A program made the translations under genes and the position numbers. Of a stretch of DNA of 64,000 bases, positions 15,970 through 25,294 are shown in pieces. This stretch comes from Patescibacteria group bacterium (GTDB lineage Bacteria > Patescibacteriota > Patescibacteriia > Patescibacteriales > UBA12075). The notes beneath the pieces were generated by a model. It had not been told where the DNA came from and ran no database searches. It was given only the letters and a program-made list of their open reading frames with translations. The DNA is taken from contig JAKJDO010000003.1 in NCBI GenBank assembly GCA_022705905.1, forward strand, positions 14,071 through 78,070, read 5' to 3'. Within the stretch, counting starts at the first letter, position 1; each line of letters begins with the position of its first letter.

Positions 15970-18570
15970 TTAATAATTATTTTCTTCAGCGCTTCTATAC
16001 CCTGAATCCGAGAAGCACGCTCCTTTGCCGATCGAAGTCATTACGCTAGCCGGTATTCTTTCTTTATCCATTAACTCGCAAGGCGGACCTTCTTGCCCGA
16101 TATATATAACCCTGTAACTATCTCCTTCTTCTTTAAGAACGGCGGCTGATCCGGCTCTCCGGCCATGCATACCAATCTGGTAAAATGGATCGTCCTGGCT
16201 AATAACAGTTGCGACACTTTCTTTATTTTTCAAATCAAGTGCTTCCAAAAATGGTCTTTGCTTCGCTTGGCTTCCGGCCAAATCATTACCACAGGTTATC
16301 TCAATAGTATTGCACATAAACATATTTTCAGTACAACCGGATGAACCGTAATCCGGATCCACTCTGACCACACACAATTCATCGCCTTTCTCATAGGCTC
16401 TAACATAATCATAAAATTGCCTGTCAGTTTCATTGTCTGATGAGTTTCTTTCATTCAGATTAAATTCTCTAGCGGTCAACACTTCATCCGCAATATTCAA
16501 AACATCACGGGCGAAACTGGTCTCTGCAAAATTATCCGCTCCCGATCCATCGTCTTTGGCAATTTCAATCGATTCTATTCCCGGCACAATAATACTGTAT
16601 CCATCTTCATCATTCCACCACAAAGATGATTCGTCCATTTTACTAATTTCAATCTTCGAAATTGCCGTCTGCAATCTGGCCGACAATTCTTCAGTTATAG
16701 TAGAAGCTACAACTATGCTCTCTGTAATCTCGCCATATTCATCCGCATAAAGAGTGTCATTATAAAAAGAAACATGCAAAATATAATCACCGGCATCAAG
16801 CAAATAATTCACGTCCAATCCTCCGGAAAATCCAAAAACAAACTTTATTAATTTGATTTTATTTCCATTAATTTCCGTGTCTCTTTCTTCGTAATTCGGA
16901 TAGAGTTCTTTATCCTGCGCTTTTTCATGAAAATAATCCATTAATAATTTATACTCATCGCCCTTGGCAACTTTTTTCATTCTGAGCGAGGTGTAAATAA
17001 AGCCCTCGGGATTTTCTCGGTCCGGGTCATCAGGCGCGAATGGAGTTACCACGATATCAAAATTCGGCCCTAAATTTTCTGTCTCAATATAAAAATTATC
17101 AGGATACGAAAATGACAGTTTTAAATCCTTATCAAAATAATTCTTCTTCGAAACTTCTCCAAGAATGCTTTTTAGTATATATCTAAAATCATCTTGTCTA
17201 ATGTTGTGATCCGGCCTCCAAACATAATCAACATCAGTCGGCATTTCCTCGTCGCTAAAAACATCAAAAATCATATAATACGGTAGATTATTATATATTA
17301 TCCGATAACTATCCAGAACAGCGACCTGATGGGCTTTTGTTATTTTAATGTCTTTAGTTTTATAAATATATTCCGGTTTTTGACCGGCATCTTCAAAATC
17401 AAAGTCTTTTCTCATGGAGTTCGTATGCGCATCTTCTAAATACACAAGCAAGTAAACATCATGCTCCTTGTAATCTGTTTTGAAAAACAAACTGTTCGTA
17501 TCATTTATATCAGGAATTATTCCATGAATTTTTTCTTGGCTAAATCGGCCATCCTTTATCAGTTCTGAGTATGTTACACGGGGCATCCATGGGTGCTTGA
17601 TTCTGTTTAAAATTTCCATGGTGCCAGTCTGAGCCTCATGTTGGAGCCTTTGCATATTTGGATTAAGTAGCAGGCGCATTTCATATTCACTGACTTTCTC
17701 AATGTCAGCCGTCCGATATGTCAAACCGAATAAAGTATAGGCGGTGACCTGATAATTTTTTTCATCCATTCCGGTAATTGCCGTTTTTATGATTATTAGC
17801 TTTTCCAGAGGATTATCAAAAAATATCTTGGCCTGCTGTCTGGCATATAAACCTTCCAATGAGGTGGCGCCGGGGACATCAGTTTTTAAGCACTTAGGAA
17901 TATACGCACCGGAATATATGACCAATATCATAGCGCCGATGATTAATAATGCCCTGTTTGCATTCTTAAAGGCATTATCTTTTTTATTGTGACGAATGAT
18001 CCGGTAAGCAGAGTAAAGCCAGAGTATAAAAACAGCCGCCTCCAAATAATGCCTAGTAAGCGGATAATTCATCTTATACATTTCAAAATCAAGCATAATG
18101 TTAGATAAAATATCCGCAATCATTTGTAGAACTAAAACAGTGAATAATAGATACAAAATATTTAAAACCCATGTCTTTGTCCGGTTTGGTTTTGGCTCTG
18201 ACTCTGCTTCGGGAATAGATTTATCGAAACCGAATCTACGGCGCAGTTTGGATATCAGCCAGCCGATGAAATAACCGATAAAATAATATTGCGCGATTCC
18301 GACTATAAAAAGAAAAATAGTTTGGGGCATCAAATCCTCCACGCTACTGGGCAAAATCATTCTAAAAACCGACATTACAACTGTGCCAAAAAGCGGAAGT
18401 AAAATCGAAGATGGCATATGCAAAAACATCATTCCCATCAAACCTTCAGCTAAAGACGAGCCGCCAAAAAACCAGCTTCCTAAAAAGAATATCCAAAAAG
18501 ATAAATCAAGCCCTCCCAATACTAACCCAGTAATAACCGGCAATTTTAAATTTTTTATTTTACTCATCAT
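15970..18570 (-). CDS. large polytopic membrane protein with ~630-aa extracytoplasmic region, unknown function
   Basis: 866 aa. About 7 hydrophobic helices in residues 1-230, then a long soluble region with a Cys-containing C-terminal part. No family recognised. Confidence 0.75.
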   Translation of the reverse strand: MMSKIKNLKLPVITGLVLGGLDLSFWIFFLGSWFFGGSSLAEGLMGMMFLHMPSSILLPLFGTVVMSVFRMILPSSVEDLMPQTIFLFIVGIAQYYFIGYFIGWLISKLRRRFGFDKSIPEAESEPKPNRTKTWVLNILYLLFTVLVLQMIADILSNIMLDFEMYKMNYPLTRHYLEAAVFILWLYSAYRIIRHNKKDNAFKNANRALLIIGAMILVIYSGAYIPKCLKTDVPGATSLEGLYARQQAKIFFDNPLEKLIIIKTAITGMDEKNYQVTAYTLFGLTYRTADIEKVSEYEMRLLLNPNMQRLQHEAQTGTMEILNRIKHPWMPRVTYSELIKDGRFSQEKIHGIIPDINDTNSLFFKTDYKEHDVYLLVYLEDAHTNSMRKDFDFEDAGQKPEYIYKTKDIKITKAHQVAVLDSYRIIYNNLPYYMIFDVFSDEEMPTDVDYVWRPDHNIRQDDFRYILKSILGEVSKKNYFDKDLKLSFSYPDNFYIETENLGPNFDIVVTPFAPDDPDRENPEGFIYTSLRMKKVAKGDEYKLLMDYFHEKAQDKELYPNYEERDTEINGNKIKLIKFVFGFSGGLDVNYLLDAGDYILHVSFYNDTLYADEYGEITESIVVASTITEELSARLQTAISKIEISKMDESSLWWNDEDGYSIIVPGIESIEIAKDDGSGADNFAETSFARDVLNIADEVLTAREFNLNERNSSDNETDRQFYDYVRAYEKGDELCVVRVDPDYGSSGCTENMFMCNTIEITCGNDLAGSQAKQRPFLEALDLKNKESVATVISQDDPFYQIGMHGRRAGSAAVLKEEGDSYRVIYIGQEGPPCELMDKERIPASVMTSIGKGACFSDSGYRSAEENNY

Positions 18571-18576
18571 ATATTT

Positions 18577-20658
18577 TTATTCAGTCGCCATTCTAATTTC
18601 ACCGCACTTTTCTTTATATTGATCAACAATGTTAAAAATATAATCAATCTCGGGCTCTTGTGCGGTTACTTTCCTACCGTCTTTAAAAGTGGTCGTTACT
18701 TCCAAAGCATGGGTTTGCATAACTGATTCTATCTCGCAATCCGCAATAGCTTGTTTTATTAAATTCCAATTTGAAATATTGGTAAAAGCATAATCTTCAG
18801 CCCTTGCCTTTAACCGACCTACATCATAAGAAGATATTTTTTGCTGAACATCTTCCGGAAAGATGGCTTCAATATCCTCGGAATAAAGAGTTCCGTCTCT
18901 GGGGGCTTCATAGGAAAATTTACTCAAATCATAAAACGATAATTCATTCGGATAATCTATTTTAGCCGGTCCGGATAAACCACTAAGCATTTTTAATTTA
19001 CCATCTTCAATAACATATTCACCGCAATAAGCCCAAACATACAACGGAAATAATTCTTTATCTGGTTTTAAATTTTCGATGGTGCAAAAATTATGGCTGT
19101 CATCCCTGTTTTTCCAGCTAAAATGTTTTTGAATTTTAAGATAATTAGATATCGCTTTTTCGATTTGATCATTACCAAAATTATTGGCTGTTAAATCTTT
19201 TTCAAACTCGTCAAAATAATTCACAATGCCGGAGTTTACACCGGACCTCACATCCATATTATCCGTAACATAGACATTCAATCGGCTGGTATTAACAGCA
19301 TTAATAGTCGCCTCTTCTGCTATGAACTTATCCATCTCAACCCAACAATCACCAGAATTGATAACTAAATTTTTTGCTGACCCAGTCAAATTGATAATGC
19401 CGCCTTTAAGTTCAAGTTTTAAGGTATCCGCGACTTCAACATCACCTTTTATATTGTTAAATCTATGAGTCAGTCCTATTTCCAGATTATCAACTTCCAG
19501 ATTTTCCAATACCATATTAGCGCCTTCATTTTCAATCTTTTCAATATCCGGCATGGTTATCTCTATGGTTAAATGCTTGCTTCCGGCCCGAAACAAAATA
19601 TCCCTGTTCTCCACCGTCCAAGTATCGGTATTAAAAAAGGTTTCCAGCTCTGATCTTTTTATATTCAGAGTATCGCCGATCTTTTCAAAATTTAGGCCAA
19701 TGCGGTCATACTCACTGCCCTTGACTATAATATCGAAATTATCACCCTGCTTAATTATTACATCATCAAACTCAACGAAAGGCGATATATAAATATTCTT
19801 AAAATCTTTAATATCAACGTGACTCTCCTTGATATTTGCTTTCATTTCCGCTGTTTTAACATTAAATTCAGATGTTATATAAGTCGATAACATTGAAAAT
19901 ATCACAAGGGAAACATAAAAATATATTCTCAGTCGTAAAGCGAGTTTTTTATTAACAAATTTTTTTTCTAAAAATAATTTCAATCCCCAGTTCGCCAGAA
20001 ATGTCAGAGGTATAAGAATAATTGATAAAGCTGATACCAACAATAAATAATACTGAACAACTCCAAGTATCTCTATGAGCCTGAAATCAGCCATTATTAT
20101 ATTGAGCCAGGGGCTTGAAGGATTAAAAGACAAAACCAAAAAGACAATCAAAGAAATCAGTCCTCCCAATACGCTGATGCCGACAAAAAGACTTCCAAAT
20201 ATTTTTCTGAATGCAATAGTAATTTTTGAATTAGGATATTTTTTGAATTGTTCAGATGTCCCCCTGATAACCAAACCGATCAAACCGCCAAAAATTGAAA
20301 TTCCGAATATAGGCAAAAACAACTGCATCATTTCAAAAATATCAATAAACTGGCGATAAGCATAACCATGGCGAAAATATTCAGCTACCCCCAAAACCAA
20401 AACGATTGCAATATTATTCAGACATGACCCGATTAAAAGAGTTGGTAAAAACTGGTAGCTTCTGTTTTTGTTTTGGATTAATATCAATAAAATACCACTG
20501 ACAAGAGGCAGTATGAGAAATAAAACAAAAATAGCGGGAACAAAATCAAAAAATATCGAATCCAGCCCTCTGCGGGTTGAAGCTGCTATCAAAGTAACAA
20601 CCAGATTTAAAATCAAAAGCCAGCTAATTTTTTTTATAATATTTTTTAAAGATTCCAT
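18577..20658 (-). CDS. polytopic membrane protein with GIN/DUF2807-like beta-helical segment
   Basis: 693 aa. About 8 TM helices in residues 1-270. The middle segment (IIKQGDNFDIIVKGSEYDRIGLNFEKIGDTLNIK..LEVDNLEIGLT..LELKGGIINLTGSAKNLVINSGD) resembles the putative-adhesin head GIN domain. The C-terminal ~200 aa are unknown. Confidence 0.65.
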   Translation of the reverse strand: MESLKNIIKKISWLLILNLVVTLIAASTRRGLDSIFFDFVPAIFVLFLILPLVSGILLILIQNKNRSYQFLPTLLIGSCLNNIAIVLVLGVAEYFRHGYAYRQFIDIFEMMQLFLPIFGISIFGGLIGLVIRGTSEQFKKYPNSKITIAFRKIFGSLFVGISVLGGLISLIVFLVLSFNPSSPWLNIIMADFRLIEILGVVQYYLLLVSALSIILIPLTFLANWGLKLFLEKKFVNKKLALRLRIYFYVSLVIFSMLSTYITSEFNVKTAEMKANIKESHVDIKDFKNIYISPFVEFDDVIIKQGDNFDIIVKGSEYDRIGLNFEKIGDTLNIKRSELETFFNTDTWTVENRDILFRAGSKHLTIEITMPDIEKIENEGANMVLENLEVDNLEIGLTHRFNNIKGDVEVADTLKLELKGGIINLTGSAKNLVINSGDCWVEMDKFIAEEATINAVNTSRLNVYVTDNMDVRSGVNSGIVNYFDEFEKDLTANNFGNDQIEKAISNYLKIQKHFSWKNRDDSHNFCTIENLKPDKELFPLYVWAYCGEYVIEDGKLKMLSGLSGPAKIDYPNELSFYDLSKFSYEAPRDGTLYSEDIEAIFPEDVQQKISSYDVGRLKARAEDYAFTNISNWNLIKQAIADCEIESVMQTHALEVTTTFKDGRKVTAQEPEIDYIFNIVDQYKEKCGEIRMATE

Positions 20659-21055
20659 AAATAAATATAAATAATAAATAACCTATAATAACCCCTAATG
20701 AATTAAGAATAATATCATCAATATCCAATATCCCCGACTTAAAAATGACTTGCAATAACTCCAATATTATTCCGATAAACAGACCGACTAACAATGCTCT
20801 TCCCCATTTATTTTTATGATACCGAAGAGCAAACAAGAAACCTAAAGGAACTAAAACGATAACGTTACCCAATAAATTACGCATCGCAATTTTCCATGTC
20901 GGCTCGCCAGAAAGATAACCTAAAATCGTTTTAAATGGTAATAAATTGGCATTGGCAATGCTGAATGTCATACCAGGCGGATATTTAAAAACAATCAGTC
21001 TGAGAATCAATGCAGTATAAATAACTAAAATAATATATAAATATTTTTTCTTCAT
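20624..21055 (-). CDS. VanZ-like family membrane protein
   Basis: 143 aa, 4 TM. NLLGNVIVLVPLGFLF and ILELLQV..DIDDIILNSLGVIIGY match the VanZ pattern. Confidence 0.75.
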   Translation of the reverse strand: MKKKYLYIILVIYTALILRLIVFKYPPGMTFSIANANLLPFKTILGYLSGEPTWKIAMRNLLGNVIVLVPLGFLFALRYHKNKWGRALLVGLFIGIILELLQVIFKSGILDIDDIILNSLGVIIGYLLFIFIYGIFKKYYKKN

Positions 21056-21057
21056 AT

Positions 21058-21888
21058 TTACTCAGTAATTAATTTTTTAGAAAGCGAACTATCCATCCTC
21101 TCTATATACAATTTGTCATCTTCTACTCTTAAATCATTATAGTTTCCAAGATCTTGCCTAAAAATTTTTTCTATTTTATTATTCTCTAAATCCCAAATAA
21201 ACAAATAGCCGTCACGCTCGCCTAACGGTGTTCCCCAAAAAGCCAATTTTTTATTATTGCCAAAAAATAATATTGGCTGATAGCCTGGTCTCATTCCGAC
21301 GCTTATAAGCTGGACGCCTAAAATTGGCTCAAGACTCATCTCAAGGTCAGCACTAATTATTGTTTCCCCCTGCCAGCTTCTCTTAAATATCTCGTTCCCA
21401 GAAATATAGAAATACCCGCTCTCATCCGGCGCCACGGCTATGATGTTACCACCAATATGTATTTCCTCTATCGTGTTCTCGCTTTCGGATTTCGGTGAGC
21501 GATGAACCACATATCCGCTTTCCATTGATGAAAAATTTGGATCGCTATATGCAATCAAAGCAAAATCTTCACCGCTATGAATAAGCCGAATACTGCCGAC
21601 CTCACCTTTTAATTTATATTCTGTATTCGGCGCATCATTTTTCCTGTCATGAATATTGATAATCGTTATCTTTTCTTTATTCCACAACCACGGGTTATAT
21701 TGATAGGCCTTTAACCAAAGTCCAGCGGCGGCATCATTTGCCACTTCTTTAATTTCTGGAAAATATAATTTTTCTGCCAGCACAAAACTAAATACACCCG
21801 CACCAATAACAGCGGAAAGGATAATAACTATAACCAGCTTTAGTGATTTGATCATAAAATATAATAGACACCTTGCTCTGCTAATCAA
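21058..21888 (-). CDS. signal-anchored exported protein, unknown function
   Basis: 276 aa. A single N-terminal TM, then a beta-rich-looking ectodomain. No family recognised. Confidence 0.65.
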   Translation of the reverse strand: MISRARCLLYFMIKSLKLVIVIILSAVIGAGVFSFVLAEKLYFPEIKEVANDAAAGLWLKAYQYNPWLWNKEKITIINIHDRKNDAPNTEYKLKGEVGSIRLIHSGEDFALIAYSDPNFSSMESGYVVHRSPKSESENTIEEIHIGGNIIAVAPDESGYFYISGNEIFKRSWQGETIISADLEMSLEPILGVQLISVGMRPGYQPILFFGNNKKLAFWGTPLGERDGYLFIWDLENNKIEKIFRQDLGNYNDLRVEDDKLYIERMDSSLSKKLITE

Positions 21889-22381
21889 AAGCTATAAGCA
21901 ACATGCCCAGACCGGACAAATTTATTATTATATAGATCACCAATAGCCATGTCTTGACTTTTCTATTATTCAAAAATCTATTTTTAGCCAAAAGACTGAC
22001 AAGCAAAGCACTTATGATAAGCCATATAAGATAATTTAAGTAGAACGGCTTCCACATTGAAAGCGGGACATAATCGCCACCCATAGCGCCACAAGGATAA
22101 GTGAATATCTGGAGTGGCCAGCCTGCCTCTGAGCAAGCCGTCAAATCCGCGCTTATCGGGATACTCCGCCGACTTAAAAAAATCGCGGTCCAAAGCAAAA
22201 TCGAAGACAGATTAATAACCCAGTAATAAATATTCCTGATCCTGCCTTTCATCGGCTTCCAAATCAAAAACAATATAAGTTGCAGAACAACAAATATCTT
22301 GGAAAACAACATCACGTAAATCGACATAAAAGGCAAAAACAACAGGGAAGAAATTGAAATAAACGGAACTAAATAATCCAT
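21881..22381 (-). CDS. four-TM membrane protein, unknown function
   Basis: 166 aa, hydrophobic, with a Cys-containing loop (CSEAGWPLQIFTYPCG). Overlaps the next gene by 8 nt. Confidence 0.6.
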   Translation of the reverse strand: MDYLVPFISISSLLFLPFMSIYVMLFSKIFVVLQLILFLIWKPMKGRIRNIYYWVINLSSILLWTAIFLSRRSIPISADLTACSEAGWPLQIFTYPCGAMGGDYVPLSMWKPFYLNYLIWLIISALLVSLLAKNRFLNNRKVKTWLLVIYIIINLSGLGMLLIAFD

Positions 22382-22382
22382 A

Positions 22383-23123
22383 TTAATTGGTAAATAAACT
22401 CAAATTATTATAATAACTAATCAGCTTGCCACCACTGCTCATAATAACCCTGACTCTCGGATTTTCTCCGCTCCAGCCTTCCGGCCAGGCATATTCATCA
22501 TCCTGCCAAGACCATTCATTGGCCGCCGGAGAATTAACCGGATCTTTTTTGCTGGGCGTATAAATCAATTCATCTTTTATCTTGTCAAAATCAGTCACTC
22601 CTCTTTGTAGATAAGTTAATGCGCTCGCTTCGATTTCCGCCTTAGATTTCAATGGAACCTCTAATGACTCATAATCGTCGCATTTTATAGGTCCATCGCC
22701 AGTCGGCGCCTGATTCTGGATTTCTTCGGGATAGACGATATGCACTTCAACCAGTTGATTTGAATCGACTGATACTTCATATTCATAAACTTCACAGCGG
22801 TCATTAATATATTCTTCCTGTTGAAAAACATAAACCGGCCGCTTCCATTCTGGCGGCGTGTCGATCTTAAAAGCACCGTCATCAATTACGGTAGTTTTTC
22901 CCACGGTGAAATTAGAAGGGTTTTTGCTCGTTGATATATATTCCAATTTTAAATCAGGAACATTCATAAATTCCCTGATCGCCTTTTCAGCCTTACTTCT
23001 GTCTATTTCAGATTGTTGGTTTTCAACTTCAGGAGAAATTTTCATGCTCTGCGGTTGAGTTTGGGTGCAGGCGGTTAACGGAAATACGAGGATAAAAAGA
23101 AATAATATTTTTTTCAATTCCAT
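22383..23123 (-). CDS. lipoprotein, unknown function (first gene of the operon)
   Basis: 246 aa. Signal peptide with lipobox LTAC. Two segments look faintly PepSY-like (AEKAIREF.., KAEIEASALTYL..). Confidence 0.65.
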   Translation of the reverse strand: MELKKILFLFILVFPLTACTQTQPQSMKISPEVENQQSEIDRSKAEKAIREFMNVPDLKLEYISTSKNPSNFTVGKTTVIDDGAFKIDTPPEWKRPVYVFQQEEYINDRCEVYEYEVSVDSNQLVEVHIVYPEEIQNQAPTGDGPIKCDDYESLEVPLKSKAEIEASALTYLQRGVTDFDKIKDELIYTPSKKDPVNSPAANEWSWQDDEYAWPEGWSGENPRVRVIMSSGGKLISYYNNLSLFTN

Positions 23124-23140
23124 ATATTTTTTTATAAAAA

Positions 23141-23181
23141 TTATTTTAGCACAATTATTAATCGTGTCTTTATTTTAGCAC
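23141..23181 (-). promoter_or_regulatory. duplicated 12-bp box containing extended -10 (GTGCTAAAATAA x2)
   Basis: TTATTTTAGCAC occurs at 23141-52 and 23170-81 on the + strand. On the minus strand this reads TGcTAAAAT, 18 and 47 nt upstream of the operon ATG. Confidence 0.4.
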
Positions 23182-23240
23182 TTTTTAACATAATTCTAAA
23201 GAAAAACTGCATAACATAGGAAGTTAGTGTGTTCATAGCA

Positions 23241-23286
23241 AAAAAGAGCCATATCGGCTCTTTTTTGAATCCCGCAGATGTGCGGG
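23241..23286 (-). terminator. double hairpin terminator downstream of tRNA-Glu
   Basis: CCCGCA-GATG-TGCGGG (23271-86) and AAAAAGAGCC-ATATC-GGCTCTTTTTT (23241-66). Confidence 0.7.
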
Positions 23287-23310
23287 TCTGTTTACACGCT
23301 TTTTATCAAG

Positions 23311-23382
23311 CACCGCTACGGGGAATCGAACCCCGGTTTTAAGGATGAAAACCTCATGTCCTAACCACTAGACGATAGCGGC
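23311..23382 (-). tRNA. tRNA-Glu (anticodon UUC)
   Basis: Manual cloverleaf: GCCGCTA acceptor (G1-U72), D-arm GTCT-AGTGGTTA-GGAC, anticodon stem TGAGG/CCTTA with loop TTTTCAT, T-arm CGGGG-TTCGATT-CCCCG, discriminator G. No encoded CCA. Confidence 0.9.
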
Positions 23383-23383
23383 A

Positions 23384-23629
23384 TTAATTTTTAAATCTAT
23401 CAATTAATTCTTTTTTTCTAAAGCTATTGTTCTTTAACTCTAGTTCTCGTTTCCGAGCTAGAGTTTTGTTCGCGTACGCTTCAAAATATATTAGCTTAAA
23501 TGGTATTTTATGTTTTATTGATTTCGTTTTTCCTTGATTATGTTCGGTGATTCTTTTCTGCAAATTCTCAGTATAACCAATATAATGACTCCCGTCTAGT
23601 AAGCTCCGAATTAAATAAACAAACCACAT
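23384..23629 (-). CDS. small GIY-YIG nuclease superfamily protein (COG2827/URI-domain type)
   Basis: 81 aa. VYLIRS..GSHYIGYTENLQKRITEHN..K.. pattern with the conserved Arg/Glu region. The stop codon lies 1 nt from the 5' end of tRNA-Glu. Confidence 0.85.
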   Translation of the reverse strand: MWFVYLIRSLLDGSHYIGYTENLQKRITEHNQGKTKSIKHKIPFKLIYFEAYANKTLARKRELELKNNSFRKKELIDRFKN

Positions 23630-23635
23630 ATTTTT

Positions 23636-23670
23636 GTCAGGATGCCAGCCAAAGGCTGGTCAACCTCTGG
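23636..23670. repeat. GC hairpin element (GTCAGGATG-CCAGCC-AAA-GGCTGG)
   Basis: CCAGCC/GGCTGG stem at 23645-59. The GTCAGGATG terminus resembles the palindromic family termini. Confidence 0.45.
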
Positions 23671-23709
23671 TTGAAAAACCTCATGTCCTAACCACTAGAC
23701 GAAGGGACC
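23671..23709 (-). pseudogene. truncated tRNA 5' half (tRNA-Glu-like, positions 1 to about 38)
   Basis: The minus strand reads GGTCCCTTCGTCTAGTGGTTAGGACATGAGGTTTTTCA. 28 nt (23675-23702) are identical to 23348-23375 of the intact tRNA-Glu. No anticodon-stem 3' strand, T-arm or matching AGGGACC 3' acceptor strand was found nearby. Confidence 0.6.
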
Positions 23710-23893
23710 AAACATTAATTTTCGAATTTTATAATTTCCAATTTCCAAAACGAATATGAAAAGTAAAAAATAAAGCCTTCGCGAGAAAGCTAAGTTTAAT
23801 ATAAACTAAAATTATAAAAATGTCAATATTTGATTGTTAAAGCAATAAAGGCTACTATAAAAATAGTAAATAGTAAAAGTCGAGGAGGGCGCC

Positions 23894-24133
23894 ATGAATG
23901 GTACAGTTAAATATTTTGTGCTCATTGAGTCATGCGATCCTATTTTCCCGGTGCTGGCTTCTTTGTTTTTAGGAGATGATCATTCTTTGCCGTGTTTTGA
24001 ATATGAGATCGGCACACCAACTTCTGAATTTAATTCAAAACAGTATCTTCGGGAAATATCTAAGTACCGTCAAGTTGTCGGGGTGGTCGGCGAGACAAAT
24101 AACATTCCGATCAACTTGATGATCATGCGCTAG
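23894..24133 (+). CDS. orphan 79-aa protein
   Basis: GAGGAGGG at 23882-89, 4 nt before the ATG. Strong hairpin terminator directly after the stop. No family recognised. Confidence 0.45.
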   Translation: MNGTVKYFVLIESCDPIFPVLASLFLGDDHSLPCFEYEIGTPTSEFNSKQYLREISKYRQVVGVVGETNNIPINLMIMR

Positions 24134-24146
24134 CTCGCTGCTTTTC

Positions 24147-24174
24147 GAAGGTTCGTTGTTTCTAACGAACCTTC
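24147..24174. terminator. bidirectional intrinsic terminator
   Basis: GAAGGTTCGTT-GTTTCT-AACGAACCTTC, an 11-bp perfect stem between convergent genes. Confidence 0.7.
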
Positions 24175-24176
24175 AT

Positions 24177-25283
24177 TTATTTTAAAGTAATCGCCACAAT
24201 TTCTGGAGTATTGCCAATTCGAATCGGCGGGCCCCAAGTGCCAGCGCCATTAGAAGTATAACTAGTATAATTATTTTCGACATGCAATCCGTTGTGATAT
24301 CGTTTATAAATCAGCCAAGTAAAAAATTGAAAAGGAAATTGTTGACCGCGATGAGTATGCCCAGCTAGTTGTAAATCTATGCCCGCCGCTTTTGCTAATT
24401 CAGTGTATCGCGGTTCATGATGCAGAAAAATATTAGCTTCTTCCGGTTTTACTCTTTTCATTAACTCCGCCACGCCTTGTTTATTTCCAAGATCGCTAGT
24501 AAAATCAGCGCCAATAATATTTAAGCCATTGATGTTTGCTATTTCATCCTTTAAAATTTTAACGCCCGCCTCTTGCAAGGCTTGATCGGCCCCTCGCTCA
24601 CCGATATAAGATTCATGATTGCCGTTAATAAATAATACCCCATACTTGCTGTCAATGCTTTTTAACGGATCTGTTAGCGAATTATATTCAGACAAAGAGC
24701 CGTCAAAGTAATCTCCGCCGATTAAAATTAATTCAGGCTCGACTAAATTTATTTGCTTAACAATTTTTTTTATGAAGGGAGTTCGATTAACTGCTCCCAA
24801 ATGAATATCTGAAACAAAAACAATTTTTTTATTTTGCCATTGCGACGGCAAATTTTTTATATTCACAACAATATTTTTTAGCCGTGGATTTTGCGCGTTC
24901 CATATCCCATAGGTAGAAATGGCGATAGTAGCAACAAATAATACTGACAATATAGTTTTAAAATCCAAATTTATACCAAAATATTTTACAAAGAAATAAA
25001 AAAGCCAGCAAATGATACTGGCTAAAAATAAATTAACTAAAAAGCCATGCCAAGTGGACACGGTGATATAAAGCCAGCGAATCAGAAGCGCGTTGGAGGC
25101 ATGCGCTAGTAGCATACTTGCAAGCAAAGAGAGGGAGAGGATAATAGTTGTGGTGAGTAAAATTATTCTAGTTTGAGAATTGGTGATATTAAAAAATTTT
25201 ACTATGGTATAGTAAACTAAATAATGCCCGCCGAATATTACGGAAAGAAATATTAGTAAGATGGGAATAAAAATTAAGCGCAT
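24177..25283 (-). CDS. membrane-anchored metallophosphoesterase (calcineurin-like)
   Basis: 368 aa. About 4 N-terminal TM helices, then SDIHLG, GGDYFDG, NGNHE and GHTHRGQ motifs. Confidence 0.85.
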   Translation of the reverse strand: MRLIFIPILLIFLSVIFGGHYLVYYTIVKFFNITNSQTRIILLTTTIILSLSLLASMLLAHASNALLIRWLYITVSTWHGFLVNLFLASIICWLFYFFVKYFGINLDFKTILSVLFVATIAISTYGIWNAQNPRLKNIVVNIKNLPSQWQNKKIVFVSDIHLGAVNRTPFIKKIVKQINLVEPELILIGGDYFDGSLSEYNSLTDPLKSIDSKYGVLFINGNHESYIGERGADQALQEAGVKILKDEIANINGLNIIGADFTSDLGNKQGVAELMKRVKPEEANIFLHHEPRYTELAKAAGIDLQLAGHTHRGQQFPFQFFTWLIYKRYHNGLHVENNYTSYTSNGAGTWGPPIRIGNTPEIVAITLK

Positions 25284-25294
25284 TTTCTTGCTTT

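Noticed and set aside
23311-23709. tRNA with a group I-type intron carrying the GIY-YIG ORF in its anticodon loop.
   Set aside because: The downstream tRNA-Glu is complete with its own self-consistent acceptor stem. The upstream 5' half (GGTCCCT) has no complementary AGGGACC 3' exon anywhere nearby, and I see no group I core elements.
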